Shown here: positions 52,801 to 61,024 of the stretch, in pieces
How positions within the stretch are numbered: position 1 is the stretch's first letter
How the letters are laid out: each line of letters opens with the position of its first letter
DNA from: Marinicella sp.
Lineage (GTDB): Bacteria > Pseudomonadota > Gammaproteobacteria > Xanthomonadales > Marinicellaceae
Assembly: GCA_965230295.1 (NCBI GenBank)
Contig: OZ246001.1
Location: 3,936,001-4,000,000 of the forward strand
Direction: 5' to 3'
DNA length: 64,000 nucleotides
Notes under the pieces: generated by a model
The model's database searches: none
What the model was told of the DNA's origin: nothing
Seen by the model: only the letters and a program-made list of their open reading frames with translations
Position numbers and translations under genes: made by a program

Positions 52801-55800
52801 AGGCATCACCATGACCTTGGGGGAATTGTATCCTGGCATCGAACTCGTCAATCACGCCTGAATCATTAACGTCAGAGATGTTATAAGACAAGGCATATGC
52901 CACTTCACCATCACCCGTGGTGAAGTTCCAAAACAGGCGGTTGTAAACAGGATTGGCTGCCACAGGGGCTTGAGAATCATCACGTCCACGCAACAACACC
53001 AATTCCTCAGTTAACAACGAATCCAATTGGTTTTGGAAGTTGAATATGGTCGGTGCCAGAGACACGGTACCATTTTCTGTAGATATACCAATCATTGGAT
53101 CTTGTGCATCGGCATAGGCTTCATTACCCAGCAAGGTATAAAAATCAACCAGTCTGGATGCCACCAACAGGATGGCATTGTTAGCCGGGTCATAATTAAC
53201 CGGTGGCGTGGAATCCACACTGAGTGACAAGGCCCGGCGCATCACTGTGGTATAGGCCTCGATCAAGCCAATGCTGTTGAGGTTATCTGGATCGTTGTTC
53301 ATGGCAATATCACCTTCGTAGCGCTCACCCAACTGAACCAGCATGCTGGCGTAGTTATTGGTGGCTGCCTGGGCAAAATTTTGCACCCTGGCTTCGAATG
53401 GGTTCAAGCGTTTTAGCACCCGCTTGACCCAACCTTCAGCCAATTGAGCCCTTTCATTCAAAGGAGTGGCCCCAGGTTGACCGGCCCATAAACTCCACTC
53501 TGTGGCGTTGTCACATGCAGGCAAACCACGATAACGAGCCACGTACCAATTGTCTGACAAGGTTTGGATGTTTGCACCTGCGATGGTGATTTCATTGGCT
53601 CCCAATGGTTCATCTACCGGATACTTGATCCATCCATTCAATTGTCCATTGGCTGGATCTGGTAACGGCATGGGAGGCGTACCATCGGCGTCAGGCTGGA
53701 AGAACCATTCAAACTCAAGTACATCGGGATTACCGCCAAAGTCACCACTGTGACGCAGGACAATTTGCTCATCGAAAATATTTTCCGGGGCAATCACCTG
53801 AAGCTGCCCTTGATAACTCGAATAAATATCGGCATCACCAGGTAAGACAGGTGGCGGTGGAGATTGTAAACAATCCACCCGTATGATGTTCAGGCTCACC
53901 GGTAATGGTGTGAGCGAGGGATCGTTATTGAAAGCCAGCGTCATAAAACCGCTGCCTTGTGCATTACCAGCTGTTAAAGCCGCTTGTGCCCCTACAGCAA
54001 TGAATGGTTCCAGAACATAATCACCATTGCTGTCTTTAAAGCCGATCAACACATCATCTTCGGTAACCGGATTAGACGCCAAACATTCTCTGACATTGTC
54101 ATCACCTATTTGGGAACTGGTACAGATGCGTTCAATGCCATTGGGGTTTCTACTTAATCGAAACAGGGCCTCAACGGCTTGATCCCAAGTACAACCATTA
54201 ACTTCACATGTGCCGGTGAATCCAGATTCTTCTGTACCATCACCGCCGTTCAGTTTTTTCAATGCCACACGATCGCGTTTGGACAATACATTGGGAACCA
54301 ATAAAGGTTCACCAGCTCCGGATTCATCATACAAGCCTTGCAAGATCAGTTTGTCATTCAAACCGTCATAACTCATGCGTTTTTTGATGGCAGCAGGTAA
54401 TTTAATCGTGCCATCTGCAGAACCCAGGATCAAGTCCAAACCATTGGTTTGTAACTCTGTAGCCACCTCTTCGGGCACTTCTTCTAGTTTCACAAACCGA
54501 GGACTCAACGGGTCAATCATTTGTGCCAAAGTGTCACTGGGCAATGGCTCAGGTAATGAGTCATATAAATCATCATAGACCACTTGAACCGCTGCCTGGT
54601 TGACGATATCGGGTAAACCACGTTTTGGAGTTAATAAGGTTTCTCCAATCACCAGTTGTGGTACATCAGTTGGCCAAGTGATGTCATATCTGATGCGAAT
54701 GGGGTCAGTTGGATTGGCTGTACCGCCTTCTGCCTCTGACAATCTGGCTAACCACGGAATACAAGTGGTGTCTAAATCTGGATTGCCATCATTATCGATG
54801 TCATCTTGCTCATCATTGTTGTCCAGGTCATAGAAGAAACCTGGCTGCAGTGGGTAGAAATACATCAATTCGCCACTACCGGCTGACTTGGCCCAAATTT
54901 GATCCTTGTAATCCTGGAAAAATGGTGGTGGTGGCTGTTCACCAGCAGCTTGTCCTACTGCGCGACTTTGTGCACAGGCTGTTAACAACCTGACAGGATA
55001 TGGTGGTGACACTGTGGTAGCTGCCAATCCTGCAAATTGAAAATTATTAAAACCTGCACCGGTGGCCAATACTTCATAGATGCGCATTTTCCATTCCAGC
55101 ACATCTTCATCGTAGTACTTGACCAATACATAAGGATCTGAAGCCGCACTGGTGTCACCAGCCAAGCGAGAACCAAAATCTGAACGCAGAGCAAAAATGG
55201 CTTCCAACCCAGTACCCGTATTGGATGGCGCAAAAATCGCGTGTTCATCATTGGGATTGAAACCAGGCAAATTTGGATCGCTTTGGATATAGATTGACAG
55301 TGATGGGTAATCCAAAGGATCTAAGCCTTCTTGACCCAACACCTCTCCACCAAATTGACTGGCTATGATGATTTTATCTGGATCAAATGGCCATTGAGGA
55401 TCGTACCTCACTGCTTTATCTGGCCAGTACACCCCCCTGATGTTACTGTGGTACCATGCCACTGTTAATTCACGCCCCACGTCTTGTGGTCGTGAAGATT
55501 CGATGCGGTTGACCGGTAATATCTGACCCGTTCTGGCCGATCGGTTGTAGGCTGCACTGGTGCCCACGCCATCATAAAAGGCCAATTCATTCAGCACATA
55601 ACCAGTACGCCCGATTTCATTGTGATAGGCATCTGTGACTTTATTACCGATGACCCATGGTACATTGTCTTCAAAATTGACCAAAGAGGTGAATGGCACT
55701 GAACGCACCACCTCGATTTCTATCGGATAGACGCTGATATCAGGAGTTGGGCCATTGATATATACCAAAGATGAAAAGCCTGATAATTGATTGTTAAACA

Positions 55801-58201
55801 CCCGGTTATCGACGGCAGCATTACCACCGGCAAAGGCCAAATCTAACAACAAATAATCACCAGAAGCAGGCTCAATCTCTACCGGCGCACCAATGGCATG
55901 TAACTGGTAACAATTGGTCACGACTAAATTGCCATCACAAACATCAGATGGCCAATTGGCTGTACCGGTGGTGATCACCCTGGCCGGGCTCGATGCATCC
56001 GAAGAAGTTCTCCAATGGACTTCAATTTCTCCAAAGGGTTGTAACGGTATTAAACGCGCTGGTTGTCCACTGATGGGAGGCGCCCAATAAAACAATTTAC
56101 TGCCTAATGCATCTACTTGCGCTCCGTCCTGGAAGAAATCAGGGGTTAAGGCCACGTTGTCTAAATAGGCGTTGGGTGGTGCATTCAGCGCAATACCCAC
56201 GGGCCATGACTCTATCTGGAATGGTCGACCATCTGTTCCCCAATTAGATAAGAACACATCAGTACCGCCTGCACCATCAAAACGAGAATCCTGCCCCAAT
56301 AAGATACTGCTTTGCATGTTACCAGCAATGTATAAACTGGCCAAACCATCGGTGGTCACATCAATACCACGTTCGGTTTCTATCTCGCCAATGATGGCCG
56401 GATAACTGTCTATGGCATCATAATCACCACCACCAGTGATCCAACAAGCCACACCGTCCTTGTTAAAAGATTGCAAAAACACATCATCAAACCCATTAAA
56501 ACTTTGAATCGTTTCATCGCTGATATCATTGCCTAAGCATTGGTTGTCTACATTCGACATGGTCATCGAACCATTAAAATAACCAATTTGATAAACATTA
56601 CCATCATCATCGATGGTGACACCTTGTCCAACAGAATTGGTGCTGGTGCTTGGGTGCCTGGCCCAACATTGTGAAGGATTGGTCAAATTGATACTGGCCA
56701 GGAACTGACCTGAAGGAATGTTTGAGAAACAATACCCTACAGAAGATCCGGTGTTGGTACCAGAGATGATCAGGCGGTTGTTGTTGTTATCAACTTCAAT
56801 ATCAGCAATATCGAAATTATCATTCACATTAAAGGCTGGTGTTCCCAGGGTTGGTGATGTACCAGCTGTGTTGCTCACTTCAAGCACGAATTTAGCCGGT
56901 TTCAATTGGCCATTAACGACTATGTTATCTATGTGCCAATAATCCCAACATGGGCCATAGCCATTGTTCTTGATAAACCGGAGCCTGAATCCTGGGTGAA
57001 AGGCCGTGCTGGCACTGATGTTATAGGTGAAATTTCCTAAGGTGCGTCCACCGCCACCTTTGTGACTTTGTAGCAACACCCATTGACCGTTGCTGTTTAA
57101 GTAGTAAATATCTAAGTTTTCGCCAGAGTCAGCGTCTTCACTGCCTGAAACGGCATCTTGGCCCTCATAGACATCTAGACTGAAAGAAATAAAACTGAGG
57201 TTTTCTGTGTTGATGACTGGTGAATAACTGTCAATGCCAGAACCAGCGAATTCCAACTTACCTGATGTGTTACCACCAAAATTTTGGGTCCAAACACCGT
57301 GCCGACAACTGGCAACCACATTAGCGGCCCATCCATCATTTGGAATTTGGTTCAATCCAGTGCTGTTGAAGTTTTGGCTGTAGACGGTGGCAAAACCGCC
57401 AGTTTCACCGATTAAATATGCCCGACCATTGTCGGTAACATCCATCGCAACAATCGATTCGGCATGCGTTGAAGCCGCATCACGGTCTCGAGCCCACTGC
57501 CAGTCACCGTCATGTTGGATCTTCGCAATAAAAATTTCAGAGCTGGTAGAGATTTGGCCTGCTTCACTCAATGATAAGCCACCCGTTCCATTGATGTCTT
57601 GAAAGGAAGCGTTTTGTCGATAAAAACCAGAGATGAAAATAGAACCTTCTGATGGAGGGATCAAACTAGAATCTCCTTCGATAGAGCGAATTGATGTCAC
57701 CCCACTTTCTCTGTTGGTGGTACCAATGCGAGCAGCCCATTGCCAATTACCGGCAGAATTTAATTTCGCCACAAAACCATTTCTGACAGAGCTTGAAGCC
57801 ACCAAGTCATCACCACCAAATGCACTGGTTCCGTAAAATGAACCACCTATGTACACATTATCAGCTTCATCTACTTCAATGGTGGTTGGGATGTCATTTG
57901 AGGAACCACCTGCTGTGGTGGCCCAATCAACCGAGCCATTGGGTTTCACTTTTAAAATATAAATGTCGTTAAGACCAGCACTGTTGACTTCAATGCCATC
58001 GAAGAAGGCTGTACCTTGAAACTGACCCACTACATAAGTATTACCTGATGACGAAGTTACCGTGTCAATCACGTTGTCATCATTGGCACCGCCGCCGCCA
58101 TTGGGCCAACCAGCCAGCAAAGGGGTACTCAGTAAACTGAAAGCCGCGACCAGTAATACTGTTGAAGAAAGGTCTAAGAATTTTTTCATGTTATATCTCA
58201 T
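49850..58201 (-). CDS. Giant secreted protein (2783 aa): N-terminal beta-propeller with jelly-roll insert, long unknown middle, TcA-like helical/channel C-terminus
   Basis: Single uninterrupted ORF with AGGAG RBS and signal peptide (PLLA|G); SBBP-like blades (GNTYVVGQFQGT, DNVYIGGSFYGT); C-terminal coiled coils flanking IVGLAGGGDLLGG. ORF is certain, product is inferred. Confidence 0.75.
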   Translation of the reverse strand: MRYNMKKFLDLSSTVLLVAAFSLLSTPLLAGWPNGGGGANDDNVIDTVTSSSGNTYVVGQFQGTAFFDGIEVNSAGLNDIYILKVKPNGSVDWATTAGGSSNDIPTTIEVDEADNVYIGGSFYGTSAFGGDDLVASSSVRNGFVAKLNSAGNWQWAARIGTTNRESGVTSIRSIEGDSSLIPPSEGSIFISGFYRQNASFQDINGTGGLSLSEAGQISTSSEIFIAKIQHDGDWQWARDRDAASTHAESIVAMDVTDNGRAYLIGETGGFATVYSQNFNSTGLNQIPNDGWAANVVASCRHGVWTQNFGGNTSGKLEFAGSGIDSYSPVINTENLSFISFSLDVYEGQDAVSGSEDADSGENLDIYYLNSNGQWVLLQSHKGGGGRTLGNFTYNISASTAFHPGFRLRFIKNNGYGPCWDYWHIDNIVVNGQLKPAKFVLEVSNTAGTSPTLGTPAFNVNDNFDIADIEVDNNNNRLIISGTNTGSSVGYCFSNIPSGQFLASINLTNPSQCWARHPSTSTNSVGQGVTIDDDGNVYQIGYFNGSMTMSNVDNQCLGNDISDETIQSFNGFDDVFLQSFNKDGVACWITGGGDYDAIDSYPAIIGEIETERGIDVTTDGLASLYIAGNMQSSILLGQDSRFDGAGGTDVFLSNWGTDGRPFQIESWPVGIALNAPPNAYLDNVALTPDFFQDGAQVDALGSKLFYWAPPISGQPARLIPLQPFGEIEVHWRTSSDASSPARVITTGTANWPSDVCDGNLVVTNCYQLHAIGAPVEIEPASGDYLLLDLAFAGGNAAVDNRVFNNQLSGFSSLVYINGPTPDISVYPIEIEVVRSVPFTSLVNFEDNVPWVIGNKVTDAYHNEIGRTGYVLNELAFYDGVGTSAAYNRSARTGQILPVNRIESSRPQDVGRELTVAWYHSNIRGVYWPDKAVRYDPQWPFDPDKIIIASQFGGEVLGQEGLDPLDYPSLSIYIQSDPNLPGFNPNDEHAIFAPSNTGTGLEAIFALRSDFGSRLAGDTSAASDPYVLVKYYDEDVLEWKMRIYEVLATGAGFNNFQFAGLAATTVSPPYPVRLLTACAQSRAVGQAAGEQPPPPFFQDYKDQIWAKSAGSGELMYFYPLQPGFFYDLDNNDEQDDIDNDGNPDLDTTCIPWLARLSEAEGGTANPTDPIRIRYDITWPTDVPQLVIGETLLTPKRGLPDIVNQAAVQVVYDDLYDSLPEPLPSDTLAQMIDPLSPRFVKLEEVPEEVATELQTNGLDLILGSADGTIKLPAAIKKRMSYDGLNDKLILQGLYDESGAGEPLLVPNVLSKRDRVALKKLNGGDGTEESGFTGTCEVNGCTWDQAVEALFRLSRNPNGIERICTSSQIGDDNVRECLASNPVTEDDVLIGFKDSNGDYVLEPFIAVGAQAALTAGNAQGSGFMTLAFNNDPSLTPLPVSLNIIRVDCLQSPPPPVLPGDADIYSSYQGQLQVIAPENIFDEQIVLRHSGDFGGNPDVLEFEWFFQPDADGTPPMPLPDPANGQLNGWIKYPVDEPLGANEITIAGANIQTLSDNWYVARYRGLPACDNATEWSLWAGQPGATPLNERAQLAEGWVKRVLKRLNPFEARVQNFAQAATNNYASMLVQLGERYEGDIAMNNDPDNLNSIGLIEAYTTVMRRALSLSVDSTPPVNYDPANNAILLVASRLVDFYTLLGNEAYADAQDPMIGISTENGTVSLAPTIFNFQNQLDSLLTEELVLLRGRDDSQAPVAANPVYNRLFWNFTTGDGEVAYALSYNISDVNDSGVIDEFDARIQFPQGHGDAWGHYLTATDVYYDLLKHPFYSWNPRTEAIVIAGVPNQVDFLDERQFAETAAAKARVGAEIVDLTYRSAYVEDPAGQYQGYKDSDSERAWGVSEWAQRAGQAAYFDWVTVNAILPDEDPDPDHVGIQRIDRANITELSEIVGHFDEIQAQIDEADRGLNPLGLASGVVPFDIDPDAIDQGKTHFEQVYERAEVAMENVVDVWDFANQINNLMRRNQDSVEDISRDSRGLENGFNNELIEIFGMPYDDDIGPGGTYPANYNGPDLYHYMYIDAPALAGTDFDFSCTEVDADGNCSGYDPDNNTIGVIKEFTGTFAPVAGGINFFDLGTAPENAPEPQEGCGDNPLGTGCSLGDIDLDDSLEVTYRTVESADLGFAFAKPEEWTGSRRAVGKLQEVQNEMVQARVAVRRALIDYDILRQDIQDAIGGLEATFNITESTLDITNDASNEITTLTDWAFGLNTAAAVGHRTAEFLDASFKNTAECIPKSTIVGLAGGGDLLGGARCAVQAGGSALAFGVDTVADGLEIAASSTEFAADKVASSAEDQIALNDIALELFDVSGEIEALIRQEPALRAEVYAKAEAAQQLIGKYNTTLTRGLQVMERLVAFRRQGAAAIQEYRYEDMAFRIFRNDALQKYRAAFDQAARYVYLAAAAYDYDTNLLGTDAQGGQGFLTDIVRERSIGQILGGSPVVGSRGLADPMARMKLNFDVLKGQMGFNNPQVETNRFSLRYELFRISDDPDSDESWREILSSNRVDNLWDIPEFRRYARSFADETAGPQPAIVLTFNSHVLFGLNFFGNELGPNDSAYDSSQFSTRIRGVGTWYEDYADLPLANTPRMYLIPVGADLMRSPAPDNFSVREWQILDQTIPVPLPLGANDLDNFDWLPSIDNQIGSSVDIRRYSQYLAYHYSEPFDPAQTISSSRLIGRSVWNRKWMMIIPGASFLNDPNEGLDTFINGQLIPGGDGERDGNGVSDIHLFFTTYSYSGN

Positions 58202-58211
58202 CTTCAGCTCC

Positions 58212-60020
58212 TTATTGATTCAACACAGGTGTTGCAGCAACACGACGCATTCTAAATTCACCTTCCACAAAAATGGCATTTTTGTGGATCCCTGAAATGG
58301 CTTCTCTATAGATACCACCCATTTCCTGATATCCCCAGCCTGGAGGATCTGCGGTGTCTGGATAATTTGGGTTATTTGGTAAGAAAGTGAACTCCATTTC
58401 CCGGGTCACTTGATAGGCTTCTTGCTTGTAATTCAGGAATTGGGCATCCAGATTGTCATGATCCGGATGGTATTTGTGATAGAAGGGATTGGTGGGCATG
58501 TCTGAATCGATCAACAAGCTGACATTCAAAGAATTCGATAAGGCGAATTCACCATTCATTTCAACTTCGTTGCCATTAAAATCATAGGCAATGGTGCTGT
58601 ATCTGATCCCGGTAGATTGCCCCCCTCTCAATGTAACACCCGTGTAATTTGGGATGAGGCTGTCATCTGTCAATAACACATAAAATCCCGGGGTCTCAAC
58701 TTCTAGATAATCAGGATTGCTGGCACTTACAGTGTAGGTGCCTTCTTGCCACATCTGCACCACATTTTTTAACAACCTGGCCTGGCCAGTGGCATCGACA
58801 TGAATCAAGACCCGTAAAGAGAATGGCTTACCTACTGGCATGGGCTCTGTACCTGCAGTTTGCGCTTCACTGACGGCCTGAACTTGGGCAGATCCGATCC
58901 ACAAACCTGCATAACTGTCTGGCACTTCGTTAACGCCTCTTGTTACTGTATTGCGTGTTGGCAATGTCAAAGGTTGTATGGTGTTTGCACTCGCGTGTAA
59001 TAAATACCTCGCTCCTTGTTCATTAGAAACACTGAACACTTGTTCCATGTTTTCTTCAGTGAAATTCAACCTATCCACCGCAAATTTAATGAACACATCT
59101 TCACCCGGCTGGAGCTCAACCACCCGGTTATTGGGCAAATCAGGCCACGCCTCCTCACCAGTTTCCGGGTCAACATTCAAAAATTTCATCGGCATTTGCA
59201 CCCCGCCCAAACGCTCAATGTTGATGAAATTAGGCACATCACTTAAATTCGTGATCACAAAATCCAATTCAGTAAATAGGGTCCGATAGGCCAATGAATC
59301 CCCTTGTTGCAATGTGATGTTTAATAAACCCGGGTATTGCGAAGTCCCTTTGGTATATATCCAATATGACTTGCCAGATTCAATCGCAGTGGTTTGAGGG
59401 TTATCAACCAATTGCCATTCCCCTTGCGCGTTCAGTTGATAGATGGGTTGATTTTCATGGGCTGCAGACTGTGAAAAATACTCGCCAAAAGTAGGTTCTG
59501 ATCCAGGAGTCACTGGAAGGCCTGTTAAGGTAAAAGAATTACTGCGCCATGCGGTTTTTCGCAAGATGGGTTTACCCACCAAATTAACGGTTCGAGAAGT
59601 TGTACCATCCAATTTAATCAAATAGGCTGTGTTGGCAGAGATTGTATATAAATTACTTAAAAACGCTTCAGGTCTGGGTTCTGGAAAGTAACCATACCAG
59701 CCATCAATACTTAACAATCCCTCAGCAGGATCCTGGATAAAATCTTTACCCACATCCTCGGGGATCCAACGCCAGACACTGGCCACTGGAATGCCTGAGA
59801 ATATGACATCAATGTCATTATTGATCGGTTCAATTTCTACATAAACAGCATTCCAACCTGGTTGTAATTCAATTTGTTGCTGGGTGGTTGCTGTGGCTGC
59901 AAAACCATGACTTGAAACCATCAACATCAAAGTGAGTAAGATAAATATGTTGTTTCTATTAAGGATCATTTGTCCTGCTCCAATCAGCTGACTGATGTTT
60001 GAGTTGTTGTAATAATTCAT
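58212..60020 (-). CDS. Secreted hypothetical protein (beta-rich); ATG at 59969 is an alternative start
   Basis: Signal peptide (GFA|A); IELQPGWNAVYVEIEP, YAGLWIG, PTNPFYHKYHPDHDNLD; TAATG coupling to the PPIase gene. Confidence 0.8.
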   Translation of the reverse strand: MNYYNNSNISQLIGAGQMILNRNNIFILLTLMLMVSSHGFAATATTQQQIELQPGWNAVYVEIEPINNDIDVIFSGIPVASVWRWIPEDVGKDFIQDPAEGLLSIDGWYGYFPEPRPEAFLSNLYTISANTAYLIKLDGTTSRTVNLVGKPILRKTAWRSNSFTLTGLPVTPGSEPTFGEYFSQSAAHENQPIYQLNAQGEWQLVDNPQTTAIESGKSYWIYTKGTSQYPGLLNITLQQGDSLAYRTLFTELDFVITNLSDVPNFINIERLGGVQMPMKFLNVDPETGEEAWPDLPNNRVVELQPGEDVFIKFAVDRLNFTEENMEQVFSVSNEQGARYLLHASANTIQPLTLPTRNTVTRGVNEVPDSYAGLWIGSAQVQAVSEAQTAGTEPMPVGKPFSLRVLIHVDATGQARLLKNVVQMWQEGTYTVSASNPDYLEVETPGFYVLLTDDSLIPNYTGVTLRGGQSTGIRYSTIAYDFNGNEVEMNGEFALSNSLNVSLLIDSDMPTNPFYHKYHPDHDNLDAQFLNYKQEAYQVTREMEFTFLPNNPNYPDTADPPGWGYQEMGGIYREAISGIHKNAIFVEGEFRMRRVAATPVLNQ

Positions 60021-61024
60021 TATAAGCCTCCATTACCACCAGGCAGTGCTGGTGGTTTCAAAGGTTGTTTCTTGGGTGTTGAAAATGCCGGTATAGAGGC
60101 CAACATTTTCATGTCAATTTCAATTTCTGCTTGTGCCTGTGTGGCCAACATAAAGTCATTCCTGATTTTTTTCCGTTTGGCCTGTAACAACTGGTTCTTT
60201 ATGCCTGCTTTGACTTGTTCGAAAGTCTTTTCTTTGACACTTTCTGCAGCCACTAAGCGCAGCACATAAAAGCCTTTTTCAGCGTCAATTATGGGGGTCA
60301 CGTCACCCACATTCTCCAAAGCAAAGAGTGCTTCCAATATTTCATCATCCCATTTGTATTTTCGCGAAGGGTGTTGAATCAACCAACCAATCACCCCGCC
60401 TTGGTATTTAGAACTTTTGTCATCAGAATGTACCCTGGCCAATTCACCAAAATGCAAGGTGTCTCCATCCAACGAACTCACCTGATCAACCACTGCTTGC
60501 ATGGACGTTCTTTTTGCCGCTAAGTCTTCAGCCGTATCTGATGAATTCTTTGCCATAAAAATCATCGCAGCTCTGCGCCTTGCCGGTTTGTTGTAGGTGA
60601 ATTGATTGGCATCAAAGTGTTTCCTGACTTCGTCTTCATTGACTTTGGCAGCAGCAACCTTCTTATTCAGGTTGTCTTCCAAGTATTTATCAACCACGGC
60701 TTTCTTATACATCCTGTCGATGGCAGGTTCCTGGTCCAATCCTTGCGCTTTGGCCTGTAAATACAACACTTCCTGATTGATTAAAAATTCAAGCAAGGCT
60801 TGTTTTTGTTTGGTGTCCTGGTATTGGCCAGGTTTGTTACCACCACGCAATTTCATCTGTTCGATAAACCATTCCTTACCATAACTGACACCATTGATCG
60901 TAGCGATCACCTCTCCAGTTGGCTTTGCGGTCGCCGGTTTGTGATTTGTGCCGGCATACCAACCAACATAGCCAGCCAGGGCCAAACTCAAAACGTATCC
61001 ACCAGTTTTCAATGATAGATTCAT
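60020..61024 (-). CDS. Membrane-anchored PpiC/parvulin peptidyl-prolyl isomerase (SurA/PrsA-like foldase)
   Basis: N-terminal TM helix, VIATING, helical chaperone domain, FGELARVHSDDKSSKYQGGVIGW, VTPII....GFYVLRL, TFEQVK. Confidence 0.9.
   Translation of the reverse strand: MNLSLKTGGYVLSLALAGYVGWYAGTNHKPATAKPTGEVIATINGVSYGKEWFIEQMKLRGGNKPGQYQDTKQKQALLEFLINQEVLYLQAKAQGLDQEPAIDRMYKKAVVDKYLEDNLNKKVAAAKVNEDEVRKHFDANQFTYNKPARRRAAMIFMAKNSSDTAEDLAAKRTSMQAVVDQVSSLDGDTLHFGELARVHSDDKSSKYQGGVIGWLIQHPSRKYKWDDEILEALFALENVGDVTPIIDAEKGFYVLRLVAAESVKEKTFEQVKAGIKNQLLQAKRKKIRNDFMLATQAQAEIEIDMKMLASIPAFSTPKKQPLKPPALPGGNGGL

Noticed and set aside
49850-58201. Giant protein as RHS, RTX, autotransporter, CdiA or NRPS/PKS
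   Set aside because: No YD repeats or RHS core end, no GGxGxD nonapeptide runs, no C-terminal beta-barrel, no TPS domain and no biosynthetic motifs.
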